A DNA stretch of 63,614 bases, filler included, from Octopus bimaculoides (GCF_001194135.2; 4 parts of 3 records of this genome joined end to end with filler, not necessarily neighbours in it), one strand, 5' to 3'; positions 1-13,149 are shown, counted from the whole stretch's first letter. Notes: generated by a model not told the origin, from the sequence alone. A program made the numbers and translations.

Positions 1-35
<35 letters not shown>

Positions 36-1195
36 TTAGGGAAAATAACCAATTTTCAAGAACTCATCGATGAAAATCCACTATCACATATAGAAAAATT
101 AATAATTAAAAGCACAATAAATGAGTATAATATAAAGTAAAGTAAATATCATAAGATAAATATAATAAAAAGATTACACGTGTTTCATAACCAATTTTCA
201 ATATATATATATATATATATGCATGTATATATGTAAGTATGTATATATATAATGTATGTTTGTCCCTTTCTCTGCTTGACATCTTGGGTTGATTTGTTTG
301 ACTAAACCCTTCAAGTCAGTACCCCAGCATGGCCACAGTCTAATGACTAAAACAAAAGTAAAAGAATATTAAAAAGTATTGAAATGGAAAAGCTATAATC
401 TTTGCTGAAACTGCTTCTTAGGTGAAGAATATTTGTGTGTGGGATGGGTGAGTTAGTGTTTATGTAAGCCGAGAAGTTCCAAAAGACTGAAGATTCTGGT
501 TGCAAAATTGTTTAATCTTTTGTTGGATGTCATGTCTGATGTGATGCTGAAAATAGTAAAATACCTGGCAGCATCCTTCAACAAAAATATGATTCTTCAG
601 ATTTAGGGTGTGATAAGACATAGAGTTAGAGAAACATATCTTTTTCATATAAGCTGTAATTATAGGTTCCACATAAACATGTATGCACTCATACATGTTT
701 GTAATTAGACATGGTCGCAAGAAGAGTTGAGACTTACATCAAGTTTACTTAGGAGAGAACATGGTATTTCATTTCATATGGCAATAGGTTCAAAGAATAA
801 AAACTAATACTTTTGTACTTAACAAAAATATTGGCTGAATTGAGCATTAGGCATAAGGTGCTCTTTTATGGATTTTGGTTACAGTCATTATATTTTGAGT
901 TCAAATGCCATCAAGAGTGACTTTGCCTTCTGTCCTTCCTGGGTGGATTTTCAATAAAATAAAGTACCATTTAAGTATTGAGGTTGGTTTGTCAAATATT
1001 CTTCTCCACCCCATCAATAAAAAAAGAGGATGGCTTTGTACTAGTGTAAATATTCATTATTTTTGTCTCTTCATTTTGAGTTAAATTTTGCTGGTACTTA
1101 AATGACTGGAGTTGATATCATCAACTATGCTCATCACTCCATCACCGAATTTCTGGTATTGTGCCAATGTTACCATTATTACTACAGTTATTAAG

Positions 1196-1392
1196 ACAGC
1201 AAGCTGGCAGAATTGTTAGCACATCAGACAAAATGCTTAGTGACATTTCATCTACCCTTATGTTTTAAGTTCAAATTCTTCTAGGGTTGACTTTGCTTTT
1301 CATACTTTCTGGGTTTTTGCGTTCTGGGGTAGATATAATTTACTACTCCACATTAAAAAAAAAAAAAATTCAGGCCTTATGCCTCTAGGATA
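1196..1392 (+). mobile_element. SINE family A (tRNA-like head, GAGGTCGACTTTGCCTTTCATCC-type body), decayed
   Basis: Similar to more than 10 other copies in the window; CpGs mostly converted to TpG/CpA. Confidence 0.8.
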
Positions 1393-1394
1393 GG

Positions 1395-1695
1395 AGCACT
1401 CCATCGATTATGACGACTAGGGTCCCAGCTGATACGATCAACGTAACAGCTTGCTCGTGAAATTCAATCCACAAACACTTGTACCCTTAAAGTAGTTCTC
1501 AGGGTGACTCAGGCTGATACATAGTGTGACAAGGCCAGCCCTTTGAAATACAGGTACTACTTATTCTTGCCAGCTGAGTGGACTGGAGCAATGTGAAATA
1601 AAGTGTCTTGCTTAAGGACACAATGCATTGCTGGGAATCGAACTCACAACCTTACAATCATGAGCCGAATGCCCTAACCACTAAGCCATGCACCT
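1395..1695 (-). mobile_element. SINE family D, decayed
   Basis: Shares its body with 57762-58137 and 16965-17170; tRNA-like head on the minus strand near 1630-1690. Confidence 0.7.
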
Positions 1696-2149
1696 TATGC
1701 TTATAGTAGAAAGGATCATTATTACAATTATTTTGTTCCTCTTCATTTTGAGTTGAAATCTGGAGACAGTATGATGTCTGTGGCATAGTGTATGACCATG
1801 AACCACTGAACCATCATTATAGTGTGTCTGAGCTAATGAAACATTGTACTAGACACAATGAGTTCCCGTATTTTATGATCCACTTGAGCAATCATGCCAG
1901 ACTTAATAGCTCAAAGTACAATCACTCCAAATGCTATGAACCAACAAAGAACTATTCTACAATTATATAATGAATAAGAATATGTCTAAAAAAGGAATAT
2001 AATAGATACAGACAATTAGTGTTGAGACTGGATGAAATACCTGATATTCAACAATGCATTGGTCAAGCTAAGGAAAATATAAAAAATAAAAGATGGACAG
2101 ACAGTTGTTACTGGCATCAAAGCATTTATAAAATAGTTATAAACAAATA

Positions 2150-2552
2150 GGCGTAGGAGTGGCTGTGTGGTAAGTAGCTTGCTTACCAACCACATGGTCC
2201 CGGGTTCAGTCCCACTGCGTGACATCTTGGGCAAGTGTCTTCTACTATAGCCTCGGGCCGACCAAAGCCTTGTGAGTGGATTTGGTAGACGGAAACTGAA
2301 AAAAGCCCATCATATATATGTATATATATATATGTATGTGTGTCTGTGTTTGTGTATCTGTGTTTGTCCCCCCAACATCGCTTGACAACCGATGCTGGTG
2401 TGTTTATGTCCCCGTAACTTAGCGGTTCGGCAACAGAGACTGATAGAGTAAGTACTAGGCTTTTAAAGAATAAGTCCTGGGGTCGATTTACTCGACTAAA
2501 GGCAGTGCTCCAGCATGGCCACAGTCAAAAGACTGAAACGAGTAAAAGAGTA
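2150..2552 (+). mobile_element. SINE family B (tRNA head, CORE-like CTTGGGCAAGT segment, internal microsatellite), near full length
   Basis: A/B-box-like head GGCTGTGTGG...GGTTCAGTCCC; imperfect TSD TAAACAAATA/TAAATAAATA; many copies in the window. Confidence 0.85.
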
Positions 2553-2574
2553 AATAAATATAAGTATAACTGAT

Positions 2575-2775
2575 TTCAAATTTTGGCATAAAGCTAGCAA
2601 TTTTGAGGAAGGAGTAAGTCAATTACATCAACCCCAGTGCTTAACTGGTGCTTATTTTATCAACTCTGAAAGGCAAAGTCAACCTTCGTGGAATTTGAAC
2701 TCAGAACATGAAGATGGATGAAATGCTGCAAAACATTTTGCCCCGCATACTAATGACTCTGCCAGCTTGCAGTCG
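2575..2775 (-). mobile_element. SINE family A
   Basis: Reverse-complement similarity to 43866-44100. Confidence 0.75.
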
Positions 2776-3096
2776 TAGAGAGTATAAATATAATAATTAA
2801 GCAGAAAAACAGGAAAATAAAAAAAAAACTAAAAGTTCATAGTACTTCTTCATAGTCTGTCCATTGTACTTTCATGAGCTGTTTTTATATTATATGAATT
2901 TGTAAAACTTCGTTCTAGAATTGTGTAGGTACTAGAAAATTATTTAAAGATTGCGTGTGAATTCCTGTCTGAAAAAAAAAAAAGAAAAAATCTGTTCATG
3001 CTTTCAATTGTATAAAATTGTTTTCTTCCTTATTTGCTGATAATTTTTCATATAATTTGTTAGAGTTCTAATGATGCCATTATCTGTTTCCATTAG

Positions 3097-3191
3097 GTTG
3101 TAATGCATTACTCATTGCTGGTGAACCAATCATGGAACCTGTGGTAGGCTATGGTCCTTTTGTCATGAACACAGAAGAAGAAATACAACAG
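3097..3191 (+). CDS. PIR: Pirin-family protein, penultimate coding exon (upstream exons presumably before the window)
   Basis: cattag|GT...CAG|gtagcc splice sites. Translates (x)[31 protein letters not shown], the pirin C-terminal cupin motif GEPxxEPVxxxGPFVMNT. 95 nt, starts in phase 1, ends in phase 0. Confidence 0.93.
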
Positions 3192-3689
3192 GTAGCCTTT
3201 ACTACATACACTCAAAATATAGCACATACATCCAAAATAAAGTTGTGATGGTTTTGTCTTATGGTTGATAAGTTGCATTTATAATGTGGTGGATGGGCTT
3301 AGTGATGAGAGTGAGGATTTACCAAGGTGTTGACTAACTGTATGAAGAGTCAATGTCATGGCTGTTATCATTATCGTCATTTAACATCCATGTTTCATGC
3401 TAGCATGGGTTGGATGGTACAGGATCTGATGTGTCCAAGAACTGCATTGAGCTCCAATGTCTGTTCTGGCATGGTTTTTTATAGCTGAATGCCCTTCCTA
3501 ACATTAATCACTTTACAACATGGACTGGGTACTTTTTTTGTGCCACCTCCACTATTGAGGTCATCATGCAGCTTGCAGAACTACAAACTCAGGAGGTGGT
3601 CAGCTCCATGTTAAGGATGAAAGTAACACTATGAGAGGTGGTGTGGAGGGAAACAAAGCAGTTTTTGTAGAGGGATCTGCATGGCTACT

Positions 3690-4240
3690 CACATCTAATA
3701 GGGAAAAGGGAAGGTTAGAAAGAGAGAATGATCAGTAGGAGCTGTAAGAGATAGATAATGGCAATGAGGTGCCCAGGTGGCCCCACAAGGCACAAGCCGA
3801 GTAGAAGAGAGTGGGTAATTTGCAAGATTGTATGAGAAGGAGATTGAAGGATGGAAAGACAGACTGTCAAAAAATGGGTAGGGTTTAAGGGTTGAAACAA
3901 GAACTATGAGCTGGGGAAGATAGCAGGATGCAGAAGAGTGATTGGGGCTGAGTGGCAGGAATAGTAAAGATGATACAGTTGCTGGGGGTTGGGAAGAATA
4001 GTGAAAGTACATAACCACATATGGCCCTATTTTGATTGCTTGACTTGCTTGGCATGGCAGCCAAATCTTCCTCAAATATCTTGGAAAGAAAGAACATATT
4101 AGATGATGTAATCCTGGATACACTATCCTGAAAATATGACAACATAGTTATGACTGAAATACCTTTTATCATGGGGTTTGCTCCATCAGGGGCTGATTCA
4201 GAGTTAAACAATAACTTTTGCATTGTTCACCTAGCCATGC
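3690..4240 (-). mobile_element. Highly decayed Penelope-like fragment
   Basis: Pyrimidine-rich minus strand with YFHYSSQP and PC...HC remnants resembling the PLE at 45860-47094. Confidence 0.3.
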
Positions 4241-5194
4241 TATAGCTTCCTATCCACACTTAAACACCATCTCCTCCTCCCCATCTTTTTTCAGCCTGGT
4301 ATGAAATATTGGTTCTTTCTATCTTCTATCTCTAAATTTATCTTCTACCTCCTTCATTCTCCCCATTGAACCTCTCACACTACCTCTCTCTTGGTTTCCC
4401 TCTCACTCCCTTCATCATTCCATTTCATCACTTTGCTCATTTACTCCTGTGACCAAAATGACAGCCCTCTTTTGCACTCTAACAATGAGCCAAGGGTGAA
4501 AAATATTAGATTTTTCACTTCATTATCTGTCAATATTTACACATATCTAACCTTTTTGCTATATCTACTAGGTATATTTCTCTGATATTCAAATGAGGTT
4601 TGCTAATTTTTCACCCAATATCTCGCTTATTTCTATTTAAAATGTTATTTTGAAATGTTATTTTGATCATTCCAGCGTGTTTCTAAGGCTGTTTTATGCT
4701 AGAAATCAAAGTTTCATAAAAAAATTCCAGTTAATAGAATTATGGGAGGTAATGGGTTAACTGAATTTATCAAACTCTTCCTCAAACTCTATATAAGATA
4801 AAGCCTGTTACTGTAATGTACAGAATCATTATGTTTTTTTAGCTTATAGTGCTGAGTTCAAATCCCCTTTTGGATCTGGAGAAAGCAACATGGAGCTCAG
4901 GCTCTTCCATTATGCAACTATAGTCAAATCACTCTACTTTTCTTGATCCGCCTTGCCATTGAATCTAAGGGATCATTCTTATTATGAGAAGCAACTGTCC
5001 TTTCATCTTGTATTAAACTCATCACAAATTGCAAAATATTATCAAGAAATTTTATTGTTATTAGTTTAGCTCTGATAGACCAGCTTTAAGATGTGACATG
5101 AGTTATAAATCACATACTCAATTTGTCTCAGAAACTCAGTTTAATCTTTTGATTACATATTTCAATGAATTACAGATATTTATTCTATCTATTA

Positions 5195-6190
5195 TTTTTT
5201 CATGTGCCACCTGCACAGGAGCCAGTCCAGCAGCACTGGCAACAATCTTACTCGAATGTTTTTTCACGTGCCACTGGCACAAGTGCCAGTAAGGCGACAC
5301 TGGTAATGATCACGCTCAAATGGTGCTATTTATGTGCCACTGGCTTGGAAGCCAGCCAGCTGCTCTGGCAATGATCACACTCGGACGGTGCTCTTAGCAC
5401 TCCACTGGTACAGGTGCCAACACGATTTCGCTTTCACTTGCCTCAACAGGTCTTCGCAAGTGGAGTTTAGTGTCCAATGAAGGAAAGGTATGCATAAGTG
5501 GNNNNNNNNNNTTCGCAAGTGGAGTTTAGTGTCCAATGAAGGAAAGGTATGCATAAGTGGGCTGGCTACACTCCTGGCAGAGGCCTTGGATTATAGTCTC
5601 ACTTGGCTTGCTGGGTCTTCTCACGCACAGCATATTTCCAAAGGTTTCAGTCAGAAGTGAGGCCTAATGTTTGAAGGTCATGCTTCACCACCTCATCCCA
5701 GGTCTTCCTGGGTCTACCTCTTCCACAGGTTCCCTCAACCGCTAGGCTGTGGCACTTTTTCACACAGCTATCCTCATCCATTCTCGCCATATGACCATAC
5801 CAGCGCAATCATCTCTCTTGCATACCACAACTGATGCTTCTTAGGTTCAACTTTTCTCTCAAGGTACTTACACTCTGTCGAGTATGCACACTGACATTAC
5901 ACATCCATTGGAGCATACTGGCTTCATTCCTTATGAGCTTACGCATGTCCTCAGCAGTCACGGCCCATGTTTCACTGCCATGTAGCATGGCTGTTTGTAC
6001 ACATGCGTTATACAGTCTGCCTTTTACTCTGAGTGATAGGCCCTTTGTCACCAGCAGAGGTAAGAGCTCTCTGAACTTTGCCCAGGCTATTTTTTATTCT
6101 AGCAGTTACACTTTCAGTCCTCAGTCAAATCATCCAACGCATGCTAGCATGGAAGGTGGACGTTAAATGACGGCGATGATGATCATGATG
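5195..6190 (-). mobile_element. RTE LINE 3' fragment (ORF2 end plus 3'UTR) with the terminal ~70 bp in opposite orientation
   Basis: ORF 5809-6051 TKGLSLRVKGRLYNACVQTAMLHGSETWAVT is an RTE C-terminal motif; closely similar to 44592-45858. Confidence 0.88.
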
Positions 6191-6679
6191 AGATAAGATT
6201 TAACCTAACCTAAACAGATTTGAATCCTGAACTTCTTTGGTCATTTTATCATGAGGCCATAGTCTTGCTTTTAAATTTATTCTGGAGAATCTTACTCTCA
6301 AATTAACTTTATTATTGACTTTGTTTTCGATTTGTTGTCATACATTCTATACAAGGCGGTTTGTAATGTTAAATACTTGATACATTTGGTCTGAACCAAT
6401 GTTTCCCACCCCCAAATGTATAACCCCATTGGTGGTTGGAAAAAAAAAAAACTTTATTTTTAATATTTTATCACAATTGTTTAATACAAAAGAATCTACT
6501 GGTAATTCTTTTATTAAGTACTGAGTACAAAAAAAGTACATTATTGAAAAACATGTTTTACAATTCCTTGTCCCACTAAAAAAAAAAAAGAAAAATGTTT
6601 GGATCTCACATCCTACCACAATTTTCCCAGGCTCCACCGGCAGAGAATATGCCACACGTTGGGAATCACTAGTCTAAAC

Positions 6680-6952
6680 CAGGGGTTTTCAAACCTTTTG
6701 GCTTGCGGACCCCTTTATATTTCAGGCTTTACCTTATAAACGCTTATGAAATTTATACATAAATATTTGCTTAAAATAACATATTTTTACATTTATTTAT
6801 TTAACAAATAGGTTTATTGTCAATTAAAAGATTTCGATTAAAAAACATATATAAAATCAAATTGCCCATAAAAAGTATTTGCTGTCCACGGACCCCCTGT
6901 CTTGTCCTTGCGGGCCCCCTGTGGTCCGTGGACCACAGTTTGAAAACCCCTG
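6680..6952. mobile_element. hAT (Charlie-like) MITE
   Basis: TIRs CAGGGGTTTTCAAAC / GTTTGAAAACCCCTG with perfect 8-bp TSD GTCTAAAC (6672-6679 and 6953-6960). Confidence 0.95.
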
Positions 6953-7635
6953 GTCTAAACGACAAAGAGTTGTTTCAAGGAGTCTTTGTCAGCTACAATA
7001 TGACTTGATTAGATCCCTTATTTGGTCCATTATTTGAAAATTTTCTTGTTACTTTAAGTGGTTTAACTCTTTTAATACAAATCTGTGAGACACTGTACTA
7101 AATTGTTCATGTTTAAATTAAAATCGTGATCAAAATCTCATAATGTGAATGATAACCTGAGACGTCATTTCGTCAACCGCAGCATCAAGAGTTATATATC
7201 ATAAAGTAACAGGTATTTTACTAATCCCACTCTAGATATATTTAAATTTATTTGAAACACTTAGGTAGTCAACCAAATAAAATTACGAAAGTGTGCCTAA
7301 AGGTAAAGGGAGATAACTTTATTCTGAAGCAATAATCATAAGAAGCTACGTCAGTCCTGATGGAGTAAAATTGATGACTAGAGGCATTTCAGCCTTGACC
7401 ATCCCATCGTTTTGTATGCTAAGGACTGTACTGACGAAGATGTCTAAACAATTTTACTGCTATTTCTACCAAGTCAAGTGATCTCAATATATTATTAGTA
7501 TGTAAATTTTAAACCAGCATTGTATACAAGTTCCATTCATTCAACACTTCTTGTTTTGCAGTTTATATTTTTGGGTCGGACACTGTTTAATTTTTACAAA
7601 AATTAAATTAAATTGTTTTCATTTTCTGTTTACAG

Positions 7636-7755
7636 GCCATCTTAGATTACCAAAATGGTGTGTTAGGTTCTATTCCAGGAGAAGCTGAACGCATGCACAA
7701 GACTAAACTTGCTCAAGCATTGCAAAAGAAAAACAACACCTGGGCAGACAGATAA
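7636..7755 (+). CDS. PIR: Pirin-family protein, terminal coding exon
   Basis: ttttctgtttacag| acceptor in phase 0. Translates AILDYQNGVLGSIPGEAERMHKTKLAQALQKKNNTWADR*, continuing the pirin EEIxQAIxDY motif. TAA at 7753-7755. Confidence 0.9.
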   Translation, partial: AILDYQNGVLGSIPGEAERMHKTKLAQALQKKNNTWADR

Positions 7756-7893
7756 TATAATATTCTGTCTCAGATGTCTTGACATTACATCTTTGTCTTT
7801 AATATTACAAATCTGCTAAAAACAAGCCCTTTCAAATTTAAAAATAGGGCCTATGGAAACTTACTCTTTATTTTTTACCATTTTTGTTACTTA

Positions 7894-7973
7894 CAATAAT
7901 AATAATAATAATAATAATGATAATAATAAAGTAAGGTTCTGTTGATATCTCTGAATAGCCAGGAACACACAGA

Positions 7974-8048
<75 letters not shown>
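7894..8048. repeat. (TAA)n and (TA)n microsatellites downstream of the pirin stop
   Basis: Seen directly. Confidence 0.9.
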
Positions 8049-8051
<3 letters not shown>

Positions 8052-11000
8052 AATAATACTTTGCTCTCTTGCATTTTTTTTAAGGTTAAAAGAATATTTT
8101 TTCCATAAATGTGCCCAATTATTAAATTTTGAAAAGAAAAGAAACATGAACAAAAACAAACAAACTATTTTTATTATTCATATGGTGACAAGTACGTTAT
8201 GTGCCATAAGAAAAAAAATGATTGTTTCAATCATATTCTTTAAATGAATTTCTGTATAGTTATACACTCTGGAATGATTTTTCCAGTGAGGTTGGACTCT
8301 TTAACCTTCCCTTTCTTTTTATTACTGTGGGGAAAATGTAAATGTCATAGGCCAAAGATTGAATGCAATGATGTTTGTTTATAACCTATTTTAAAGAATG
8401 ATGTTATTTAAATTCATTTTAAATGATTCTTTGATATAAAAAATGAGTGAAAAAATGATCTCCCTTAGATACCAACAATGACATCAAGCCATATACAGCA
8501 TTTATGATATGTGTTTACATACAAATGTAGAAACAGACAGACATGGTTAGGGTTTCATTAAATAGACTGTGCCAGTTATAAGCTTTAAAAGAGCTAGAAA
8601 ACTAATGTGGCTGCTCAACTCTGAACTTCCTGTACAACAGTGTACCAGTAACAAACAAGACTGCGTCAGTCAGCCTGTTCTGAAGTGCATGATATCACAA
8701 AAATCATACTAACCATGTTTACATTAAATTTGAAAGAAGTGAACTTCTTAATATAAGAGAGAGAAAAAAAAGCACTAATCTCTTCTATCATTCATTTCTG
8801 TTTTGTAAGAGAATCATTGGTCTTTTGATAAAAAATTTTCAACAGGATTTTAAGAGTTAGAGTTACTAAATCTTCCACCATAAATACATGTATTTATAAC
8901 TCTTTTTTGGAATAGTGGATCTCAAAGCACATAAAGCTATAAATAATAGCATGTAAAAGTTAGGTTAAAACCCTTTTGCATGGAAAGAGTTGAGTCCTGC
9001 CTGTGGGACTCAAACCCATGTCTCCTATAAGCATGACAGGCGTTCTATTTCATCATGTCTTCAGATGTGGGTTCAAGCCCCTTCAATTTTTTTTTTCTAT
9101 CTAAAAGGCTTTTTAACCCAATTGTTATAACCTATTATTTATAACTTTATATATACTCTGAGGTCCACTGTTCCAAAAAATTATTATTTCACATTCTCTC
9201 GAAAATTTATAAATCCTTATAACATCAACGTGTATTTATACTTGATTTGTAGAATTAAAAAAAAAAAGAAAGACTTAAAAAATAAAGAAAATATACTTAA
9301 TTTTGACTAAATGTTCTATAAATAGATGATACAGTCAAAAATTTGATATATCAGCTCTTAAACTATAACCATATGTTAGTATTCTAAAGTTATATAACAA
9401 AACTGCTCAGATATTTATACAAATAATAAAATATTTCTAAACTGTATTTTTTCTCTCCTCTCCCAATTTTCTAATAATTTCTCCTATTATAAAGTGTAAC
9501 TTAAATTGGCCTAATATTTATTAATAGATTTCTTTAGATATTAACTTGTTGTATATCATATCCCCCTACCACCAGCCTTTTGTGCTTAAAAATATTGGAG
9601 ATCATTCTTTCACACAGTTCTCCCATTGGCTATAATAGCTATGGGTTTATCCTTTCCTTTTGTGGTGCTATTTATTCATCCATTTCTTTAGCTATTAAAA
9701 CTGTTCTTCATATTTCGTTCACTGCCTTACTACTATGGTTTGCAGTTTTTGCTTGTTGTTTTTGTGCTGACAAAATATGTGGTAATATATTTTCCAAATT
9801 TTTACAATAGCAAATCTCTTCAGATAGAAGCATAAGTTTTGTTTTTAGAAATGATACTTGAAAGTATTTTTCTTTTTTCAACATTAAATCCTTTTTCTGT
9901 GGTTGGATAATCTATCAATTTCTTTTGACACGACACAAGACCTCAGGTTTTTAAAGAGAGAGAAATTGGATATTGCAACGTTTTTGTAGTGATGTATTTC
10001 CAGAGAGCAGTATTGATGTAAGCAAAGTGTATTTGTTTCAAATGAGGAGTGACTCTGAGTCTGAGACCTGGGTTGCTGGCCTCATTCTTTTAGAAATTAA
10101 CCTTTAGCACACTTTGGTGCATCATGTCACTGTACGAGTTTTCTTCCCTGTAGCTGCATGTGTATTGTGTCATATTGAGAGGGGAGAAAACTTGTTCAGT
10201 GAAACAATGCACTAACAGCATACTAAAGATTAAATAATGTATCAAATCTGTTACAAATCAAAGACACACAAGCACTAACATAAAGACACAGAACCAAAAT
10301 TGTTTTGGTTGATCTTAATGTTTATTGAAAAAATAATTCATAACAAATTCTAAAACGTACTTTTCTTTGAAGAGTTATTAATTTTGTGTAAAGACAAAAA
10401 TGTTTTTTTTTTTTCTTTAATGATCACTCCATTCTCACATATACATATATCTGCATACAAAATTTGAAGTCAATTCACCATTCTCATTGAAAGGCCAGCA
10501 TTCTCTCTTACCAGTTTATCTTTAGACCAATTTAAATATACTAAAGTTGCTATTAGTAATGTATTTCCAGCCGGATTATTTTTTAACAATCGGATATTTA
10601 TGCTGCCTTATTTTTTTTAAGGAACCATACACATTCAATCTACATATCTTTGCAAATGTTGGAGGAAAATAAAAGAAAGATAGAAGTGTTAGATAGTTAT
10701 GTGAAGTATTTGTAAACCATTCAAAATCTAACCACTCAATCAATAAAATTTTTTCTATTGTATTCAAATCTTCCAAGATGTTTTTTGTAACTATTTGCTT
10801 TCATTAAATGTTGCTATTTTTTAAGATGATACCTTCATAAACTTCAACTTAAACTCAATCAGAATGTCAAATGAATAAAAGATAATACTAATTTACATAT
10901 AAAGTTTTGATTTTTGTGTTACTCCTTTCATAAATTTAACCTGAAATTTTCAAACAACAAAATAGACACTAGGAATAATTTATTTTGGGCTTCATAGTTG

Positions 11001-11502
11001 CTTTAGGTATTTCATTTAAGTTTCATTGTTAATGCAGATTGCCATTAGTTGAATTCTAATAATAATTACATTAAAAAAATTCATGCTAGTTTCTCTTTTA
11101 TAGATAGCATCTTCTATGAAGCAATTTCAATCTAATGAATATCTATTGATTTTTCAATAACTGAAAACCATTGTAAGTGTTATATATATTATGAAAGTGA
11201 TTTGTAATGGAAGTTATGGAGAAAGAAAGGTTAACTACATGGGAAACTATTAGGTTGAGTTCAAATTTAATAACCTAGTTACTAGATAGAAATATATGGT
11301 TCCATTTTCCATCATTAATGCTTTACTATGAATTACCAGACTGTTTGACCATGATCATATTATATTCATTTACGATGGACAAGTACCTAAGTCTGATTTC
11401 TTGAAGTGTTTGATATGAGATTTTTGAGGTGAAACACATGTATGTATGATGAAAGAAGAAGTGGATGATCAAGAAGACTCCTAGATTTTTGAGAAGCTAG
11501 AG

Positions 11503-12075
11503 CGGATCTTTTTTAAAACGGGGGCCACATTTTTCATTAATGTTTTACGTAGTGTTTTTGGTACCGAAAGACTTTCAAACTTCGTCTACTTATCTATTTT
11601 GTGTTATAGAACAGAAAAATATTTTTGTATTCGAATTTATTTCATGTAAAAAATTGTCTTATTTCGATAATTTCAACCAATCACTGACAAGTATTCAGTT
11701 GTTTACATTTACTCCTTTGGCTGATTAAGCGGTGTAAAGCGTATTTAATTTCCATAGCTTCGTTTTGCTTTTTTCTTTTTAAATTTGCTGTTTTACACTA
11801 ACTCTAACCCTAACCCTAACCCTATCACCGATAGAATTGTTTCAGAATCGTTTGTTTATGTAGTCGGCACTTAATGTATATCGGCTGAATGGACGTCAGT
11901 GATTGGTTGAAATTACAGAAATACGACAACTTTAACATGGAATAACTTAGGGATTTCTTTTTTTTTAAAGAAGACTAAGAGAAAAAGATGTTTTATATGA
12001 CACATTCTACCAGTGTTCCAAGTTTCAAAGTGTTTCGTTAATGAAAAATGTGGCCCCCGTTTTAAAAAAGATCCG
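11503..12075. mobile_element. MITE with 38-bp perfect TIRs, 6-bp TSD and internal (CCCTAA)n
   Basis: TIR CGGATCTTTTTTAAAACGGGGGCCACATTTTTCATTAA at both ends; TSD CTAGAG (11497-11502 and 12076-12081). Confidence 0.92.
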
Positions 12076-13149
12076 CTAGAGCTGTTGTAATGCTAAAAGG
12101 GATATGAAAAGAGGAGTATATCTCTGTTAATAGTTGCTATGTGTTGCTTAAGTAAAGGTTTGTCAATAAAATAAATGGTCCATTTCTGAATATGATTTAG
12201 AATAATGTTTGGGTAGGATCTGAAACATCCTAGATATGTCAGCAGTACTGTCTGTGGGTCCCTCCATTGTCAACTGCAAAAGATTAACGTGCTCAGGTTG
12301 AAGGATTTTCTGACCCTAAAGACAATTTTAGTTTTGACCACCATGAAAGATCATAACAAATTGTGACTCCTAATATTAATGCAAATTTAAGGGGTTTAGC
12401 TGTGTATATTTTATGAGTAAGTAGAGTGTAGAAATGTTCCCTCAGTATGTGTAGTGATTTATTGAGCCCTGTTGAGGGAGACTATGTTGCTATGACCACT
12501 TTGCACAACTATTTTGTGATAAAGAAATGCTGATGGGAAGTGTCTAGGTGCATGTGAATGACACCTATGTGCAGAATGTTCAAGAGAGATAAGGTGGTCT
12601 CGTGTGTAGGAGAGTGTATAGTTAGAAGTTACAATAAGAAGATGTTCATGTACTTAAGGAAGAAATAGAATTGAACTGAGGTATATCAAAGCTGGTAGAA
12701 TATTAGAAGGAGTGAGAGAGAGAGAGAGAGGGGGCACTTTTAATGCACACTGTGAGAGAAAACTTATTTATGAGATGAAAGACAGATGGAAATCACAAGC
12801 AGAAAACTTTGTCAAGGTAATTTCATACCAGACACAGACACAGACCGTGTCGAAGGTAATTTGCTTTCTCCAAAGTTCTCAAGAGCAAGGAGCTATTGGT
12901 ATGTAATGTAGGAGAGTTTTTTCTGATGATCTGCCTGTACAAAAACTGTACTTGTGTAGTCACCGAGTAGAGAAAGAGACTCAAAGGGATAAAGGAAGTA
13001 ATTGTTTTCAGTTGTTTCTTTCTCATTTGAGATATTGAAAGGTAGGGCCATAAGTCAGTTGTTGGTAGAGTTACAGAGGCTGGCTTGAGAACGAGATACA
13101 AAATTATGGCAATCTGAAAACTGGTGTCTTAAAATGTTGGTAAAAAAGC

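Noticed and set aside
422-447. Possible upstream pirin micro-exon (ttag|...|gtgagt)
   Set aside because: No pirin-like residues and no supportable phase link to the 3097 exon.
1753-1768. Phase-compatible micro-exon LKSGD before the pirin exon
   Set aside because: The acceptor has G at -3 and resembles decayed SINE-A sequence; 16 nt is too little evidence.
5453-5560. 49-bp direct duplication (also about 120 bp across 41601-41610)
   Set aside because: The copies flank 10-N gaps and are most likely unmerged contig overlaps.
8996-9050. tRNA-Asp-like sequence on the minus strand, and tRNA-like heads such as 58060-58137
   Set aside because: No complete cloverleaf; these are decayed or SINE-associated heads, not tRNA genes.
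11798-11824. Telomere or chromosome-fusion relic
   Set aside because: Only about four units, and internal to a TIR-bounded MITE.
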